Positions 27,401 through 40,579 of a stretch of DNA of 64,000 nucleotides are shown in pieces. Under the pieces are notes generated by a model, which ran no database searches, was not told the origin of the DNA, and saw only the letters and a program-made list of their open reading frames with translations. The first letter of the stretch is position 1. Every line of letters begins with the position of its first letter. A program made the translations under genes and the position numbers. Source of the stretch: Isurus oxyrinchus (taxonomy: Eukaryota); contig JANJGN010000038.1 of NCBI GenBank assembly GCA_026770705.1, positions 2,356,001 through 2,420,000 on the forward strand. The letters run 5' to 3'.

Positions 27401-27950
27401 GCTAATTAGAAAATATGGTGACGTGCAATGGTTAAGCTTAAAGCGCCAGAGAAAAATACCTTTCCACAAATTGTATTCCTTCTCCCACAGTTTGCTCATT
27501 CAGTTATCCAACAACAACCCTTCGCAATGTCCTGTTCTTCTCTAAACTATTTACTGTACCACATGGCTTATTTTCTGCAGCAATTTGGATACGAAACTTA
27601 CTGTTGCTTCATTTTGATCCTTCTAAATGCGGTGAAAAGCTGAGGCCCGCATACAAATCCTGCGAATCAGCTGTCACTCCCTGTCAATTCAACTGTATTT
27701 GCATGATCCATCAACAAATTAGATGAGCTTTGTACACACCGCAACCATCGTGAGTTAAATTTACATCGATATCAATGTAAAATTAACATCTAAGCATATA
27801 AAATAAATGACCCGTTTAATGAAGAAATTGAGGTGTAAATTACAATATTGAAGTATCAATTAAACTATATCATGCAGCATCCGTATCATTGCCAATAATC
27901 CTGTCAACACAAGAAACAGAATGCCTGGGAACTCATAAATCAACCTTCAT
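24267..27950. repeat. ~1.9-kb direct tandem duplication (24267-26010 versus 26183-27950)
   Basis: Colinear similarity throughout, for example gaattagtgc..aacgctggaactgatta (24481 vs 26383) and ctaaatgcggtgaaaagctgag (~25686 vs ~27623). Confidence 0.9.
26181..26331 (-). pseudogene. GPR139-like GPCR copy D, truncated exon 2 (TM1-TM2 only)
   Basis: Acceptor gcttgcag|ctaat. Translates ANFLTIVIRSRGRCSLSRYAVSMAVTDLHVIIITLVLSRCSAVYFPVSFL, then homology ends. Confidence 0.85.
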
Positions 27951-28029
27951 GCGTTCCTTAAAACGTTGCACCCAAGCAACTTTACGATTGGTAACTGGGA
28001 ACATATTTTCTGCTGTCGACCTTATCTCA

Positions 28030-28560
28030 ACCCGTTTAATCTAGGAAGTTTCTACCAAACATCTCATCAATTCCCTTTCCTCCGATGAGAACAACCCAAG
28101 CTCCACTCACAGAATATTGCTGCCAAGGAGCTGCATCCCTGTTAACATTCGAGTAAATCTCCTCTACACTGCATAAAGGACACAAACATTTTACCTGGTG
28201 CATGGTGACCAGAAACGGACGCAGCAATTTAATTATGGTCTAACCAGAGTGTAAATTGTTTCAACACAGCTTCCTCGTATTTATGCTCACTTTCTCGATT
28301 TATGAACTCGAAAATTCCAAAGCCTGTTGTAACGATACTTTCAACATGTCATGGCACCTTTGAATATCAATTTACATGGACCCTCAGGTCCCTCTGTCCT
28401 TAAGCACTGTTTAGAACCTTATCATTAAATGGATGTTGTTCCTCACTGGCCATTTTACTAAATCTAGCATTTCCTGGGTTAAGTCCCATCTGCCACTTTT
28501 ATTCAGATGTTGTAGACTTTTGAAATCGGAAGTCCTCTTCCTAACTGTTTCCAACATTCT
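28030..28560 (-). mobile_element. Old CR1 LINE 3' fragment
   Basis: The reverse complement resembles CR1 RT C-terminal coding sequence (ggtctaaccagag, catctgccac, ccctcaggtccctctg) as seen in other CR1 copies here. Confidence 0.5.
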
Positions 28561-29329
28561 GATATGTCAGAGTTCTCGTAGTATTGTCTATGAAAAAGGT
28601 TAAATGTTGCGTTTCCAGTTTTATTTGAAACTAGCATTGCCTTCTTCATGTTGTTTCTTCCTTTTATTTCAATAATTGGGCGAGCACAGGCTTGGCTAAT
28701 TTAGTTTAAATTATTCGCAACTACACTAGCTGTGCAACATTACTGGTCGCAGCTCTGTTGTTTTGCACAAAGTCCCTATTGAACAAGTGCCTCCAGCTGA
28801 TTACCCCCCCCCCCCACCCCACATGACCACCTGCTCCCCTTCCCATACTTCCCTGAAGAATCAGTGCTGCTCCATGTTGAATGCCACTTGCAAGAAAGAC
28901 TAAGAGTTGCAAGGTCGCAGAATGATCTCAGGGGGCTTCAGTGTCCATCACCAAGCGTGTCTCCGAAGCACCAATAAAAATTGACCTGGCTGCATGCCTA
29001 TGGACGTTGCCTGTAGGAGGTGGTGAGAGAGCCAAAGAGAGGAAAGAACACACCTTACCTGATCATAAGTAAACTACCTGTAGCAGATGTAGATGCACCT
29101 GTCCACCATAGTATTGGGAGAAGCCTCCAGTACGCATTCTATGTAAACTTGAAAACTGTCACACTGTCATGCTGTGTGGCGCTACCATTGTGCTAAATCA
29201 AATCAAGAAAATCAAAGCCGGATTTCCATTAGGTGCAGTGAGCCATCAGCAGCTATAGCATTTAATCAAATGTTAGTTTGTAAACTCATGGCCCGTTATA
29301 TCCCTCACTTGGACATTACGAACATATGA

Positions 29330-30030
29330 AGGGATCAATTCTGATAAAGTGAATGGTGTCGGACAGCATGCCAAGGCCTGCACCCACCGGACCTAAAAAG
29401 GAGGTTTCGACCTGGTGAAGTAAAAAAACAGAAACCTGTGCAATCCAAGCAACTGAAAAAGCATGTGATTGACAGCACTAAGATATCCCACAAAAAATTG
29501 GTCAAACCAAAGATCTGCAATCCTTCCACATCCAATCATGAATAGCGGTGGACAATAGAAGAATAAAGAGAAAGAGGGTATTCCAAAAATATCCCTAACC
29601 CTAAAGATGGGGGAGTCCAGCATACCGGTGCAAAAAGAGATGGCTGAAGTATTTTAATCCACATTCAGCCAGAACTTCCGAGTGGAAGATCCATCTCAGA
29701 CTCCTCCTGAGGTCTCTATCGTCCCAGGGTTCTGTCCTCACCCAATTCGATTGTTTCCATTTAATATAAAAGACGATTGAGTACAAAATATGCCACAAAG
29801 GCAACGGGCCCGATAAAAGAGCCGGCTGTAGAATTGAAGATTAGTGCTTCAGAATGAGCTGACTCTATTTCCGACTTCTGCACATCTGAGAAAGCTGGCA
29901 ATGACTCAAATAATTGGAAGCTGCCAAAATACGGCCTGTCCAGAAAAGGAAGGAAAAATCCATTCCGGTCAAATATTGCCACATTAGTCTACATTGCATT
30001 ACAAGCAAAGTGATGGAAAGTCTCCCCATT
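29330..30030 (+). mobile_element. CR1/L2-group LINE internal fragment (upstream of the RT core)
   Basis: Degenerate KQHVID..., DGG.QH..AK..AE.F, KATGPD and WKLP..PVQK-type motifs. Confidence 0.6.
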
Positions 30031-30829
30031 TTTGTTAATGGTTGGTCAAAATCTTTCATGTGAATGGCGCTGTGCTTCACGAAGAGTTTCGTGGTATCTT
30101 TGTAATGTTTCCTTGTCCTTCCCTGGAACGTTGGCCACTTAAGTGATGGAAAATTTGGAGCATGTGGTGTGGGGTCGATTTCCTTGAGGCATGAGCATAA
30201 ATTTAAAATGAATAATAGTTCATTGCAGTATTAATGGAGAGCTGCGCTGTTGAAGTTCGGCCAATCGGGTGGCATCTAAAACTTAAGCCATTTTCACGAT
30301 CCCAGGTGCATGCAAGAAACATCATGTGGAGCAATTTGGCTTGGAGGGGCTTTATATGAATTAAAAATATCCCTATTTTTGTCCATAGCTTCGGTCACAT
30401 TGAGCAAAACGGTGTTGCTGTGGACTGTGCGTTGACCCAAGTAATTTATTAATACTGAGACATACACAGAAGTATCGGAGTGCATGTGCTTAAAAGTACA
30501 AAGATTGGTCAAAGGGGAATATGATATTCTAACGATAATAGAAATCTGCCACAATATGTGGGGTGATTGAAAGTTTCATATTCCTGTTTGCAATGCATTT
30601 TTGAATCATTCTTTTTAACTCTTTGCAAAGTAAACATCTCTCATCTTCCCACTGTTCTGCGTCCGATGGAACATCCCAGGTAATGTGGCAGCTCAAGTGC
30701 GATTTATCAGCTCCCAGCAGTTGGGTTATTTGTTTGATATGAGGAAGACATTCTTACTAGGACTGCAATATTGTCTCCACTCAATACTGATACCACCTTT
30801 TCTATTTATCCCTGCAATATGGCCCTAGG

Positions 30830-31420
30830 TGGCAAGGTCAATCTTTATTGCGAATTGCTAATTTTCTTTAGAATTTCGTGGTGAGCTGCCTTCTTGAGCC
30901 CCTTCAGTCCATGTGCGCTATCTTCATCCATAATGCTGCAAGGCAGGAAGTTTCACAGTTTGACCAAGTGACGAAAAATATTTTCAAGTTTCGAGCGTGA
31001 GTGAGATGCAGCTGCTGGTGTTTCCATGTGCCTGTTACCTTTGTTTTCCAAGACAGTAAAACCCGGACTTTGGAAGGTGCAGTTACAGAATACTGATAAC
31101 TTGATTTTTTTGCCCCATGGGATGTGGGCAGCGCGCAGAAGGCCATATTTGTCATCAATTTGAGCACAGTTAAGAGGCAGACATTTTACTGTGGGTCTGC
31201 AGCCACATGTAGGCCAGATCGTGTAAGGACGGCACATTGTCTTCCCTAAAGGACATTAGTGAAGCAGATGGGTGTTTGTAACAATCGATGACCGTTTTTT
31301 GTGGGCACAGTTACCGAGACGAGCTTGATAATCTAGTCGCATTAAATGAATTAGCTGCCATGTTATGATTTAAAACAATGTCACAAAGGTATGTGCCTCG
31401 GCCTCAGGATCACACTATCA
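30830..31420 (-). mobile_element. LINE 3' tail plus SINE fragment
   Basis: gagctgccttcttgag...ccatgtgcctgttacctttg..ttggaaggtgc matches the 12300-12545 LINE tail and is followed by a SINE body similar to 4700-4950. Confidence 0.55.
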
Positions 31421-32004
31421 CGCTGCCCCGAATGTTGATGTAGGGGGTTCGACTATCGCAATTACATTAAATTCCAAGGGGAAGTTGTTTGACGTCCTCA
31501 TCCTGGAATTGGTAACATTCTGCTGTATCCTTCCTGAATACATTCTGCATACCTGGATCTCTTGATACAGATTAGAATCACAAAATACTGTTCATTGTCA
31601 CGATAAACATATAATACTGCTGAAAAAGACCAGTCCAGAATAGTAGGTATTGCTCACAACTGGACCGGCACACACTGAATGTAACCGTACTGAAGAGGCA
31701 ATGTGCACACTAAACCTAACTACGATGATTTTAAGGAGGTCTCGTTGCTTGCAATACTGATGATTTGGGATTTTTAACATTGAATCTAATGAGGTTGAAC
31801 TGGAGCAGCCCACGCCACAAGTAACAGTGTATAACTGAACCAGTCCTCTTTGAACACCGGTGTCGAGAAATGAGATGTGGACGTTGAGAATTACTGTGCA
31901 GACCTGAGTCATTTCACACTCATTATAGACCAGCAGGCCCCATCTCTGTGGAAAACAATCATACAAAATTGAGTATTTCACCCTTGAAGGAAACCATGTC
32001 GATG

Positions 32005-33165
32005 AAATCAGTGCGAGAGTGAAAGAGGGATATTGGCTTAGAAAATCTAGATGTAGATGCAACCTGGGTGGAGCTAAGAAGCAACAATGAGTGGAAAAGA
32101 TCACTTATCTGTAGAACTCCAGACAGCAGTGTCGACATAGGGGACGGCATAAAATAGGAATTTGGACGTGCATGTGACAAGGGTGCTCCAGAAATCATGG
32201 ATGACTTTTAGCTACATAATATATATATATCAATGATTTGCATGACGCAACAAAAGGCAATACTTCCAATTTTTGATGACACGAAACTTGGTGAGGATGT
32301 GAGCGATGAGGCGAGTGTTCAGACGCTTCAAGGCGACTTAGGCAGGTTGAGTGATTGGGAAAATAAGTGTGAACTTATCTACTATGGCAGGAAAAGCAGA
32401 TTGGCAGAATATTATTTAACTGGTGATAAATTTGGAAATGTTGATGTGCAAAGGGACCGAGATGGCCTTGCGCAGCAATCACTGAAAGCAAGCATGCTGG
32501 TGCAGCAAGCACTTAAGGACGTAAATGATACGTTGACCTTTATTGCGATAGGATTTGAGAGCAGCAGCAACGATGTCTTACTGCAGCTGTGCATGGTCAT
32601 TGTGAGATCACACCTGGAGTAGAGTGTGCAGTTCTGGTCTCCTTACCTAAGAAAGGATATATTTGCCGTAGAGGGAGTTCAGCAAATGTCCGCCACGCTG
32701 ATTTCTGGGCTGGTAGAATTGTCGTATGAGGAGAGATTGGGCGGGCAAGGCCTTTATTCATTGGAGCTCAGAAGAATGAGAGGCGATCGCATTGAAACAT
32801 ATGAAACTCTGACAGGGATCTACAGGCTGGTGCAGGGATGATATTTCCTCTGACTCGAGCGTCTAGAACAAGGGGTCACAGACTCAGGATACGGGGTAGA
32901 CCATCTAGGACTGAAATGACGAGAAACGTCTTCAATCAGAAGGTGGCGAACCTGTGGAATTCTCTAGCACAGAAAGCTGTGGAGGTCAAGTCACTGGATA
33001 TATTTAAGAAGTAAATAAATAGACTTCTAGCCTTCAAATGCATCAAGGGGTATGGAGAGAGTGCAGGACTAAGGTGTTGAGATAGAGGATCAGCCATCAT
33101 CAAACTGAATGGCGGAGCAAGCTCGAAGGGCTCGAAGGAGTAATCCTACTCCTATTTTCAATATT
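32005..33165 (+). mobile_element. CR1 LINE fragments (endonuclease piece plus RT 3' end)
   Basis: FDDTKLG (FADDTKL), LQGDLGRLSDW, VRSHLE, QFWSPYLRKD, LSYEERL and a CR1 tail ending cctactcctatttt. Confidence 0.88.
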
Positions 33166-33764
33166 TTGGTGGATAATTTTTTCCGGACACTGAAAGAAAG
33201 TATGAGGAATTAACTATCTGTGCAAGATTTATAACACTGCTTCACATGTGCACATTGAAGATAGCAGTTAAAATGGGGCCTGTCCATATTCAATGCAACA
33301 TGACTGAACTGGGCCTTTGCAGACTTAGTGCAGCTGTGCATAATCTGGCCTGGTGCCACGGAAAGCGATTTACGGGAAAAGGACGTGCACACTTACCCTT
33401 CCTTATCCGTCATGAATTAATGTAACGTGGCAGAAATGGAGCCTCGACACATCACATAACCATACCGAACTGGAACGGTCCACATTAACTAGAATCGTGC
33501 TCAACTGGACCTCCGTTTACGGAATTTAAGCGTACTCTCTATAATTATGCATAATTAACGCATTAGCGCCTGATTGCATCTGACCAAGTAAAACGTAGCC
33601 GTTCACAGCTACACACCTATGCACACTCACTACAGCTGGATTTGACATGTCTGCAATGAATTTAACTGATGTGGAATAATCTACACTGCAAGAAGCCGTA
33701 CAGAAGTTTTGAGTACTTTAAAGCTAAATAAAGGTGATGAGTTGAACATTTCCATACCAAATGC

Positions 33765-33980
33765 GAACAGAATGAGACAAAAATGCTGGAAATACACAAT
33801 AGACCGTTCAGCATCTGTGCAGAGAAAACGGTAAAAGGTTCAGATCCATGACTTTACATCGAAGTTGGGGAATAGGTAGCAATGGAAGAGTTTTTGTTTT
33901 CACTATAGCGGCGGGAAACGGTTGTGATAAAGGGCTGATGATAAAGAAACATCAATGTAGGTTTGTGTTAATGTGGAAGA
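33765..33980 (-). mobile_element. Penelope-like tail fragment (counterpart of ~22000-22255)
   Basis: aaaatgctggaaatacac..cagcatctgtgcagag is the reverse complement of the PLE tail. Confidence 0.6.
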
Positions 33981-34135
33981 CAGAAGGGCACTTTGTGAGG
34001 ATGTTCCTCCAGAACAATGTCAGTGACCTTGAAGAGCTTTCTACTCCGTCAAAACAAAAATAATTTCCTGTCAATTAGCGTAATGATTGCAAAAGATCAA
34101 AGCGTCTAATTGTCTCCCTGGAGGCTGGCGTGAGA

Positions 34136-34142
34136 TATATAT
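34136..34142 (+). promoter_or_regulatory. TATA-like box of copy E
   Basis: TATATAT ending 51 nt before the ATG at 34193, the same spacing as in copy B. Confidence 0.55.
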
Positions 34143-34192
34143 GTGACTGTCTTTAGTTCTGGTGCAGAACACACTCGCAGCTGGTGACAGAA

Positions 34193-34262
34193 ATGCACGG
34201 ATTGCCAAAAGGTCTTATTTTCATCATATATTATCCCGTCATTGCAGCGATCGGGATTCCAG
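34193..34262 (+). pseudogene. GPR139-like GPCR copy E, exon 1 (MHGLPKGLIFIIYYPVIAAIGIP)
   Basis: 70-nt exon, phase-1 donor G|gttaag, 1390-bp intron. Confidence 0.88.
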
Positions 34263-35652
34263 GTTAAGTATTTTGGTTTGCTATGCTATTGAAATCATTG
34301 TTTAATCACTTCTCTTTGGTTTGCTTTCATTTTAGTGAATCATTGTTCGTATTTAGGAGCTTTGCTTCTACATGGTACGATATTCTTTCTCCCATTAAAC
34401 AGAACAATCTATCAACATTACGGCGACATCGTCCCAATTTATCACGCTAGACAATGTCACTTTTTTCCACTTCAAGGGAAATGCTTAATTTAATTCTCCA
34501 TTTTAGCAACACAATTGTTTTCTTTTACTGACATGATTAGTCGTCATCACATGCCGAGTCGCTCAAGTTTGTCTTTGCCATTTCTTCCCTTGAACATAGT
34601 TTCTCCCCAATACAAGAATAATAGTTCAGCAGTAACAATGCACTATCTTCCGTGAGCTAGTAACATTTAGTCAGTTTAATTGGATACTTTCATCTGTTTA
34701 CCGCCACCGTTCGAGGTTTTAGATGTTCTTTTATTTTATTCTTGGTATTTTTAAAAAGCGTAATGTATAACGCTGTTACCACTGAGGAAATGTTTTTCTA
34801 TTGTTTCAACGGCATTGTCACCGTGGGTGAATTATTACAGAGGAACTGTATCTGTACTATGCACTATCTCATTCTTTTCCCTTTAACCTTTCGTTGGAAT
34901 ATAAACAGTATTTATCTGATAAATCTGTGCAGAATATTAAATGACTGGCCCAGGGTTTCTTACCTTAGCGGAAACCTGGCACCCTGAGCAGCGAAGAATT
35001 CTCAGGGAGCTGAAGTTGGACTTTAATCCAGGACATTTTGACTCTAAAGCTTGACGTCTTTCAATTTAACAGCAAGTGAACCTTAAACTGTGTGTGGATT
35101 TCCACCCTGCTGTGAAGGACAGTTGTGTTTGCTGCACGTCATCATAACTCAGGAGTTCTAGTTACCCTTTATTTCCTTCCAAAGGAGTTTTTTTTTCCAT
35201 TCTTTCTGTTCTCATTTGCTGGATTATGCCCACAAGAGTAACACTTTGTATTTAATTCCATTCAACGCCATCTACTCAGTTTCTGTCAAATTCTTAGGTC
35301 GATTTAACATTGTGTACCTTTCTTTTTCCAATGTCCTAGCCTGTTCTTCTCTAAACAACAAGCAAGAGGATACTATACTGTTTTTCATTTAACTGAGTAA
35401 CAATGCAGCAATTTGAATATTCACTATAGGACTGAGCCCCCATTCTTCCTGTAAATCAGCACAGTATTGACAATTTGCTGCATTTTGGAATGAGTCTTTC
35501 TTTCTCCGCTGGAGCATATAAGTCATAGGACTGAAATGGGAACATTGCTCTCTTTTCATGACCAATGCTGTATTTGTGAGTTTCTCAACATTTTCTGTTC
35601 TATATTCATTTGTCCCCACCGCAAACTTACTGGTTATATTCCTCTCCCACAG

Positions 35653-36556
35653 CTAATTTGGCAGTAACTGTGATCCTGTCTCGAGGAAGATGCGGTCTCA
35701 TTGGATGTATCACATACTACCTGATGTCCATGGCCGTGACGGATCTCCTGATCATGATCCTTGCTCTGATGTTAAACCGGATTGTAGGTACATATTTCCC
35801 ATTCAGTTTCCTCTCCATCACTCCGGCCTTTGCTCTCAGTCTTGTGTTCATATATGGCGTCAGGGATTCTTCTGTCTGGGTGACAGTTGCTTTCACCTTT
35901 GATCGATTTGTAGCCATTTGTTGTCAGCAGCTGAAAACCAAATATTGCACCAAGAAATCAGCAGCTGTGGTCATAGGAACTGTCTGCGTTGTGCATTGTG
36001 CTAAAAGAATACCCTTGTACTTTGCTTGTGAACCTTCTGTTACCACGGACAATACACCCTGGTACTGCAAACTGAAGCCAATATATTATTTGTCACCCGG
36101 ATGGGTGGTATATGACAGCATGAATGCCGTTTTAACCCCTTGTCTCCCATTCGTTCTTATTTTGCTGCTCAATGTTCTGACGGTCAGGCACATTGTTGTG
36201 GCCAGTCGAGCCCGCAGAAGACTGCGAGCCTACAGCAAGAGCGAGAAACAAAGTGACCCAGAGATGGAGAAGAGGAGAAAGTCCATCGTTTTACTCTTTG
36301 CCATCTCGGAAGTTTCATCCTGTTATATTTCCTCGCTCTTAAAACTTTCCTCTACGCACGAATTGCCAGCGTTAGTTATTTCGATGGCTCGAATTTCAAT
36401 CAATCAAATATAATAATGGAGGAATGTGGACTTATGCTGCATCTTTTAAGTTCCTGCATCAACCCCTTTATTTATGCAGGTACCCAGAGTAAATTCAGAG
36501 AGGAGTTAAAGAATGGTGTGAAATATCCATTGAGTCTGATTGTTATTTTTTTTTAA
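35653..36556 (+). pseudogene. GPR139-like GPCR copy E, exon 2, with a 1-nt deletion at ~36308 (could be an assembly error)
   Basis: Acceptor cccacag|ctaat. Open to LLFAIS, where tcggaagt replaces tcgggaagt. The shifted frame continues SFILLYFLALK..NPFIYAGTQSKFREELKNGVKYPLSLIVIFF to a stop. Confidence 0.88.
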
Positions 36557-37514
36557 ATGATGAAAGCAGTGAAATCCAACATGAATTCTACATTATACCC
36601 CACCCATTGCTGTTGCTCTACATGTTACATATGGCTTCAACCCGCAGAAACAGAGTTACCTCCTGTCCGAGGTGTGAATTCAGAATTATATAACTAACTC
36701 TGCATTTTCCCAGTTAGTTTTTATTTTTTGTCCCCTTTCCAGAGCGGGCCTGGTACATTCCCAACTGTCCCTAAGGTCCCGGGGTGTCTCGACGTTCATG
36801 TAGGAGACAAAGTGTCCGACAAAAATGTATAACTTGGCAACAAAGTTTCACTATTAAATGTAGGAACCTTGCTATCTCCCCTTCCTATGTTTTGGAACTT
36901 GATGGTAGATGGCGCCCTGAAATGGAAACGGACACTGTCCCCACCCATTGATCTATATTGAGCAGGCTCCGCTTCACACTTGAACTCTTTTTCCCATAAA
37001 CATAGCAAGAGGGAACTGGAATATTACAGACACAGATAAAGGAAACATTTTGTTCGCCTTTTCCATTTGGCAATGGAGGTGAAATCCGCAGAGTCATCAT
37101 ACAATATAAGTTACACTGGCAACAATCTCCCCTTTTAAATGATTACAAATCGCAACTGGCCAGAACAAAAAAAAACAAATTTAATGGAAACATTATCTTC
37201 ACCATCCACAATGCATTATAAAAGTTTATTGCCATCCTGATACAGAAACAGTAATTAGAATGGAATTGTGGGTTACGCTTCACAATGACCCCCTTTCCCA
37301 ATCGTGGATAAATACCACACACTTGCTGTTATTTGGAATTTCCCGTGTCGTGACTTACAGCCACACCGAAAGTCTCAGGACTCAGCATTGATCTCAGCAG
37401 AAAATGCAATCCAAGGCATTCATGCTGTGTACATATTATCATTTGTTATGTCTTCCGATGTTAATTGAAACAAACCGATTGCTCTGCACTTTATAAGGGA
37501 TTTGTCTAAAGGAT

Positions 37515-37925
37515 TAAGTAGCAGAAAAATGCACATGTTGTAGAAGCTTATGCTCTTGTACTTATCAGGACAATTTGCAAGAGTAACGCCGATTTCAACT
37601 GAACAAAGGACGGGAGAGCCTGTCTCTGGCTCATGGCTTCATGAAATGTCTTGACCAATCAGAGTCAACATACTTGATTTGAATGTAAACAACGGTTGAC
37701 AGTTAACTTCCATTCATCAGGTCATTATCGCATTCTCTATTGCAACGCCACGAGTAATCCATTTTCACTCGCCCATCAATCATCACTCTCTTCTCATGAC
37801 GTTTTAAGTGTTGTTCCCTTTGATTTTTTTGTTACTCTTGCGAATTGTCCTGATGAGTCCAAGGTGAAAAGTTTCGAAAGCATGTGTCTTTGATCAGCAC
37901 TCTCACATTCTGTTCTACCGAACAA
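37515..37925. mobile_element. Penelope-like 3' end with inverted terminal copies carrying hammerhead-like cores
   Basis: 37531-37587 is the reverse complement of 37831-37887. CTGATGA..GAAA..TC core at 37850-37875. The body matches 62130-62385 and the reverse of 41850-42030. Confidence 0.7.
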
Positions 37926-37934
37926 CGAGTGAGT

Positions 37935-39310
37935 CCCACGTCAGTGGTCCGGAAACTATTGGAGAAAATTCTGAAGGAAAGAATCTGTCTTAACTTGGAG
38001 AGAGAAGGTTTGATAAGAGATATTCAGCATTGATTCTTTAGAGGTAGGTCATGCCTAAAAAATTTGACTGAATTTTTGAGGAGGTGACCAGGTGTGTACA
38101 TGATGGTAGTGCAGTTGATGTAGTTAATATGGATTTCAGAAAAGCCTTTGACAAGGTCCCATATGGCAGCCTTATAAATAAGGCAAATACACATGGGATA
38201 CAGGGTAATTTGAAAAGGTGGATTATAAATTGGCTTAGTTGTAGGAGACAGAATGTAATGATAGAAGGCTGCTTTGGTGACTGAAAACCCGAGTCCTGTG
38301 GTGTACCACAGAGATCTGTGCTGGGTTGCCTATTATTCATTATTTATATAAATGACATAGATGACTATGTGGGGAGTAGGAATAGTAAGTTTGCGGATGA
38401 CACAAAGATTGGCCGGTTGGTTTACAGTGAGGTTGAGAGGCTTGGGCTGGAGGAAAATATTGGCGTGGTGGTCAAATGGGCAGATAAGTGGCAGATGGAA
38501 TTTACCACTGAAAAGCATGAGGTTATACACTTTGGAAGGAGTAATTTGACAAGGAAGTATTCAATGAACGGCATGAGACTAGGAAGATCTGACGAACAAA
38601 GGGACCTTGGTGCATGTGTCCATAAATCTCTGAAGGCAGAGGGGTATGATAGTGGGGTGGTGAAAAAGGCATTTGGGACAATTGCCTTTCTCAATCAAGG
38701 CACAAATTACAAAAGTAGATGGGTCATGTTGGAGTTGTATAGAACCTTGGTGAGACCGCAGCTGGAGTGCTCTGTGCAGTTTTGATCGCCAAATGATAGG
38801 AAGGATGTGATTGTGCTAGAGGCGGTGTAGAGGAAGTACACGTGGATGCAGCCTGGGATGAACCATTTAAGTTATAAAGAGTGGTTGGATAGAGTTGGGC
38901 TTTTTTCGGCAAAGACTGGGGAGCGGCCAGTTCAAGGTGTACAAGCTTGTGAGGGGTATTGAAGGGGTGGATAGGGACAGCTGTTCCCCTTAGTCGAAGG
39001 CTCAGTCACGAGGGAACACAAGTTCAAGGTGAGGGGCAGGAGGTTTCGTGGGGATGTGAGGGAAAACTTTTTTAACCCAGGTATTGGGGACGGTCTGGAA
39101 TGCGCTGCCTGGGACAGTGGTGGAGGCGGGTTGCCTCACGTCCTTTATAAAGTGTCTAGATGAATACCTGGCACGTCCTAACATTCAAGGTTGTGGGCCA
39201 AGTGCTGGTCAATGGGATTAGTTAGGTAGGTCAGGTGTTTCTCACGTGTCAGTACAGACTCGATGGGCCGAAGGGCCTCTTCTGCACTGTGCGATCCTTT
39301 GATTCTGTGA
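37935..39310 (+). mobile_element. CR1 LINE, 5'-truncated RT to 3' tail
   Basis: AVDVVNMDFRKAFDKVP, YINDID..KFADDTK, LYRTLVRPQLE, and a 3' tail gatgggccgaagggcctcttctgcactgt..gattctgtga. Confidence 0.93.
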
Positions 39311-40579
39311 CTACTTATTAAATTTTCAATGAAATGATTGTCATGATTATAAACAGCAGAATCAAATCTCTAAATTCGCTGACCTATCAACAATTGAAGC
39401 GAATGACTGACTCTCTTCTCGCCTAAACATCGTTTTAATCATTTTATTATCTGAGTGAATGCACTTGAATTTGAAAGAATGGGACAACTGGCAATATGCT
39501 TCCTCGCTGATGGTGCAGGTGAACGATTTATTACCTGTGGAAACATTTCAATAAATCTCCAGCTGGGGTGGGCAAACGAATCCCTTTCTATGGTCCAGGT
39601 ATTGTCAAGGTTTGCTTCTGTAGAGTACGTCCTGTCTCTGCCCAGGTTGGTAATCCATTGAAATCTATTCCACAGACAGAAATGTTGCAGGGTCTCTCCC
39701 CATTGCAAATGCTGCAACTTCAATTGTAATTCTATGGAAGTGATTGCAGATCTTTGCATCGTCATTCCATTAGAAAACTCTCAGTTGGGTGCGTGTTTTA
39801 TTGTGCTTCCAGCAACACTGGCCTTTGAAATTAAATTCCACTGTCTGTATTGGCAAATATTGCTCCTTTTTTTTGTTTTACTTTCTGTTCTCCATTTGCG
39901 GGATCCCCTCTCGCTGTCGCCTGAAAGAATTGCTTTTGGATGGTTTTTAGTTTTGCATTTACCCAACAGCCTTGGAGGTCCTCTCCTGAAGATGTTGACT
40001 CAGAGGAAAAGCAGGATACATCCAGCTGCTCTAATATTTCCTATAATTCAGTTAGATCATGGATAATCTATATATAACTTGCATCTACCCACTTTAGTTT
40101 TATTCTCTTTCAATGGTTTTCCTGAAAGTAGTCATTCTATCTCATTTTCACATGTTCGATTGACTCCGATTCTCTTTGAATCTTTAGGAGAAAATGGTGC
40201 AGGGGCATGGTAACACAGTAATTATTTTAATGGACTCAAACACGAAATCCATTTTATTGATTCGCGACATAATTTAAGATCCCACAGCAGTGGCTAAAGT
40301 AGTTGAAATAAGTTCTCTAAATGCAACTGAAATTAAGAAGGCAAAGAAAAAGAAAAATGACACATCACGAATAATGACCATGAAAGTATATTCTTATCAA
40401 GAAGGAAAAAATTGCGTTCTGTTTCATTAATGCATCTTAGTGCAAGGATTGTGCTTTAGTTCCCCTGCTTGGAGAACATGTGATTCCAGACCCATGGAGA
40501 TGTATTTAAGTGATAACCATTGTCTGAAATGGTCGAGCAAGCCGCTATGAAACAAAAAAAGAAAAGTAACAGTGTGAGG

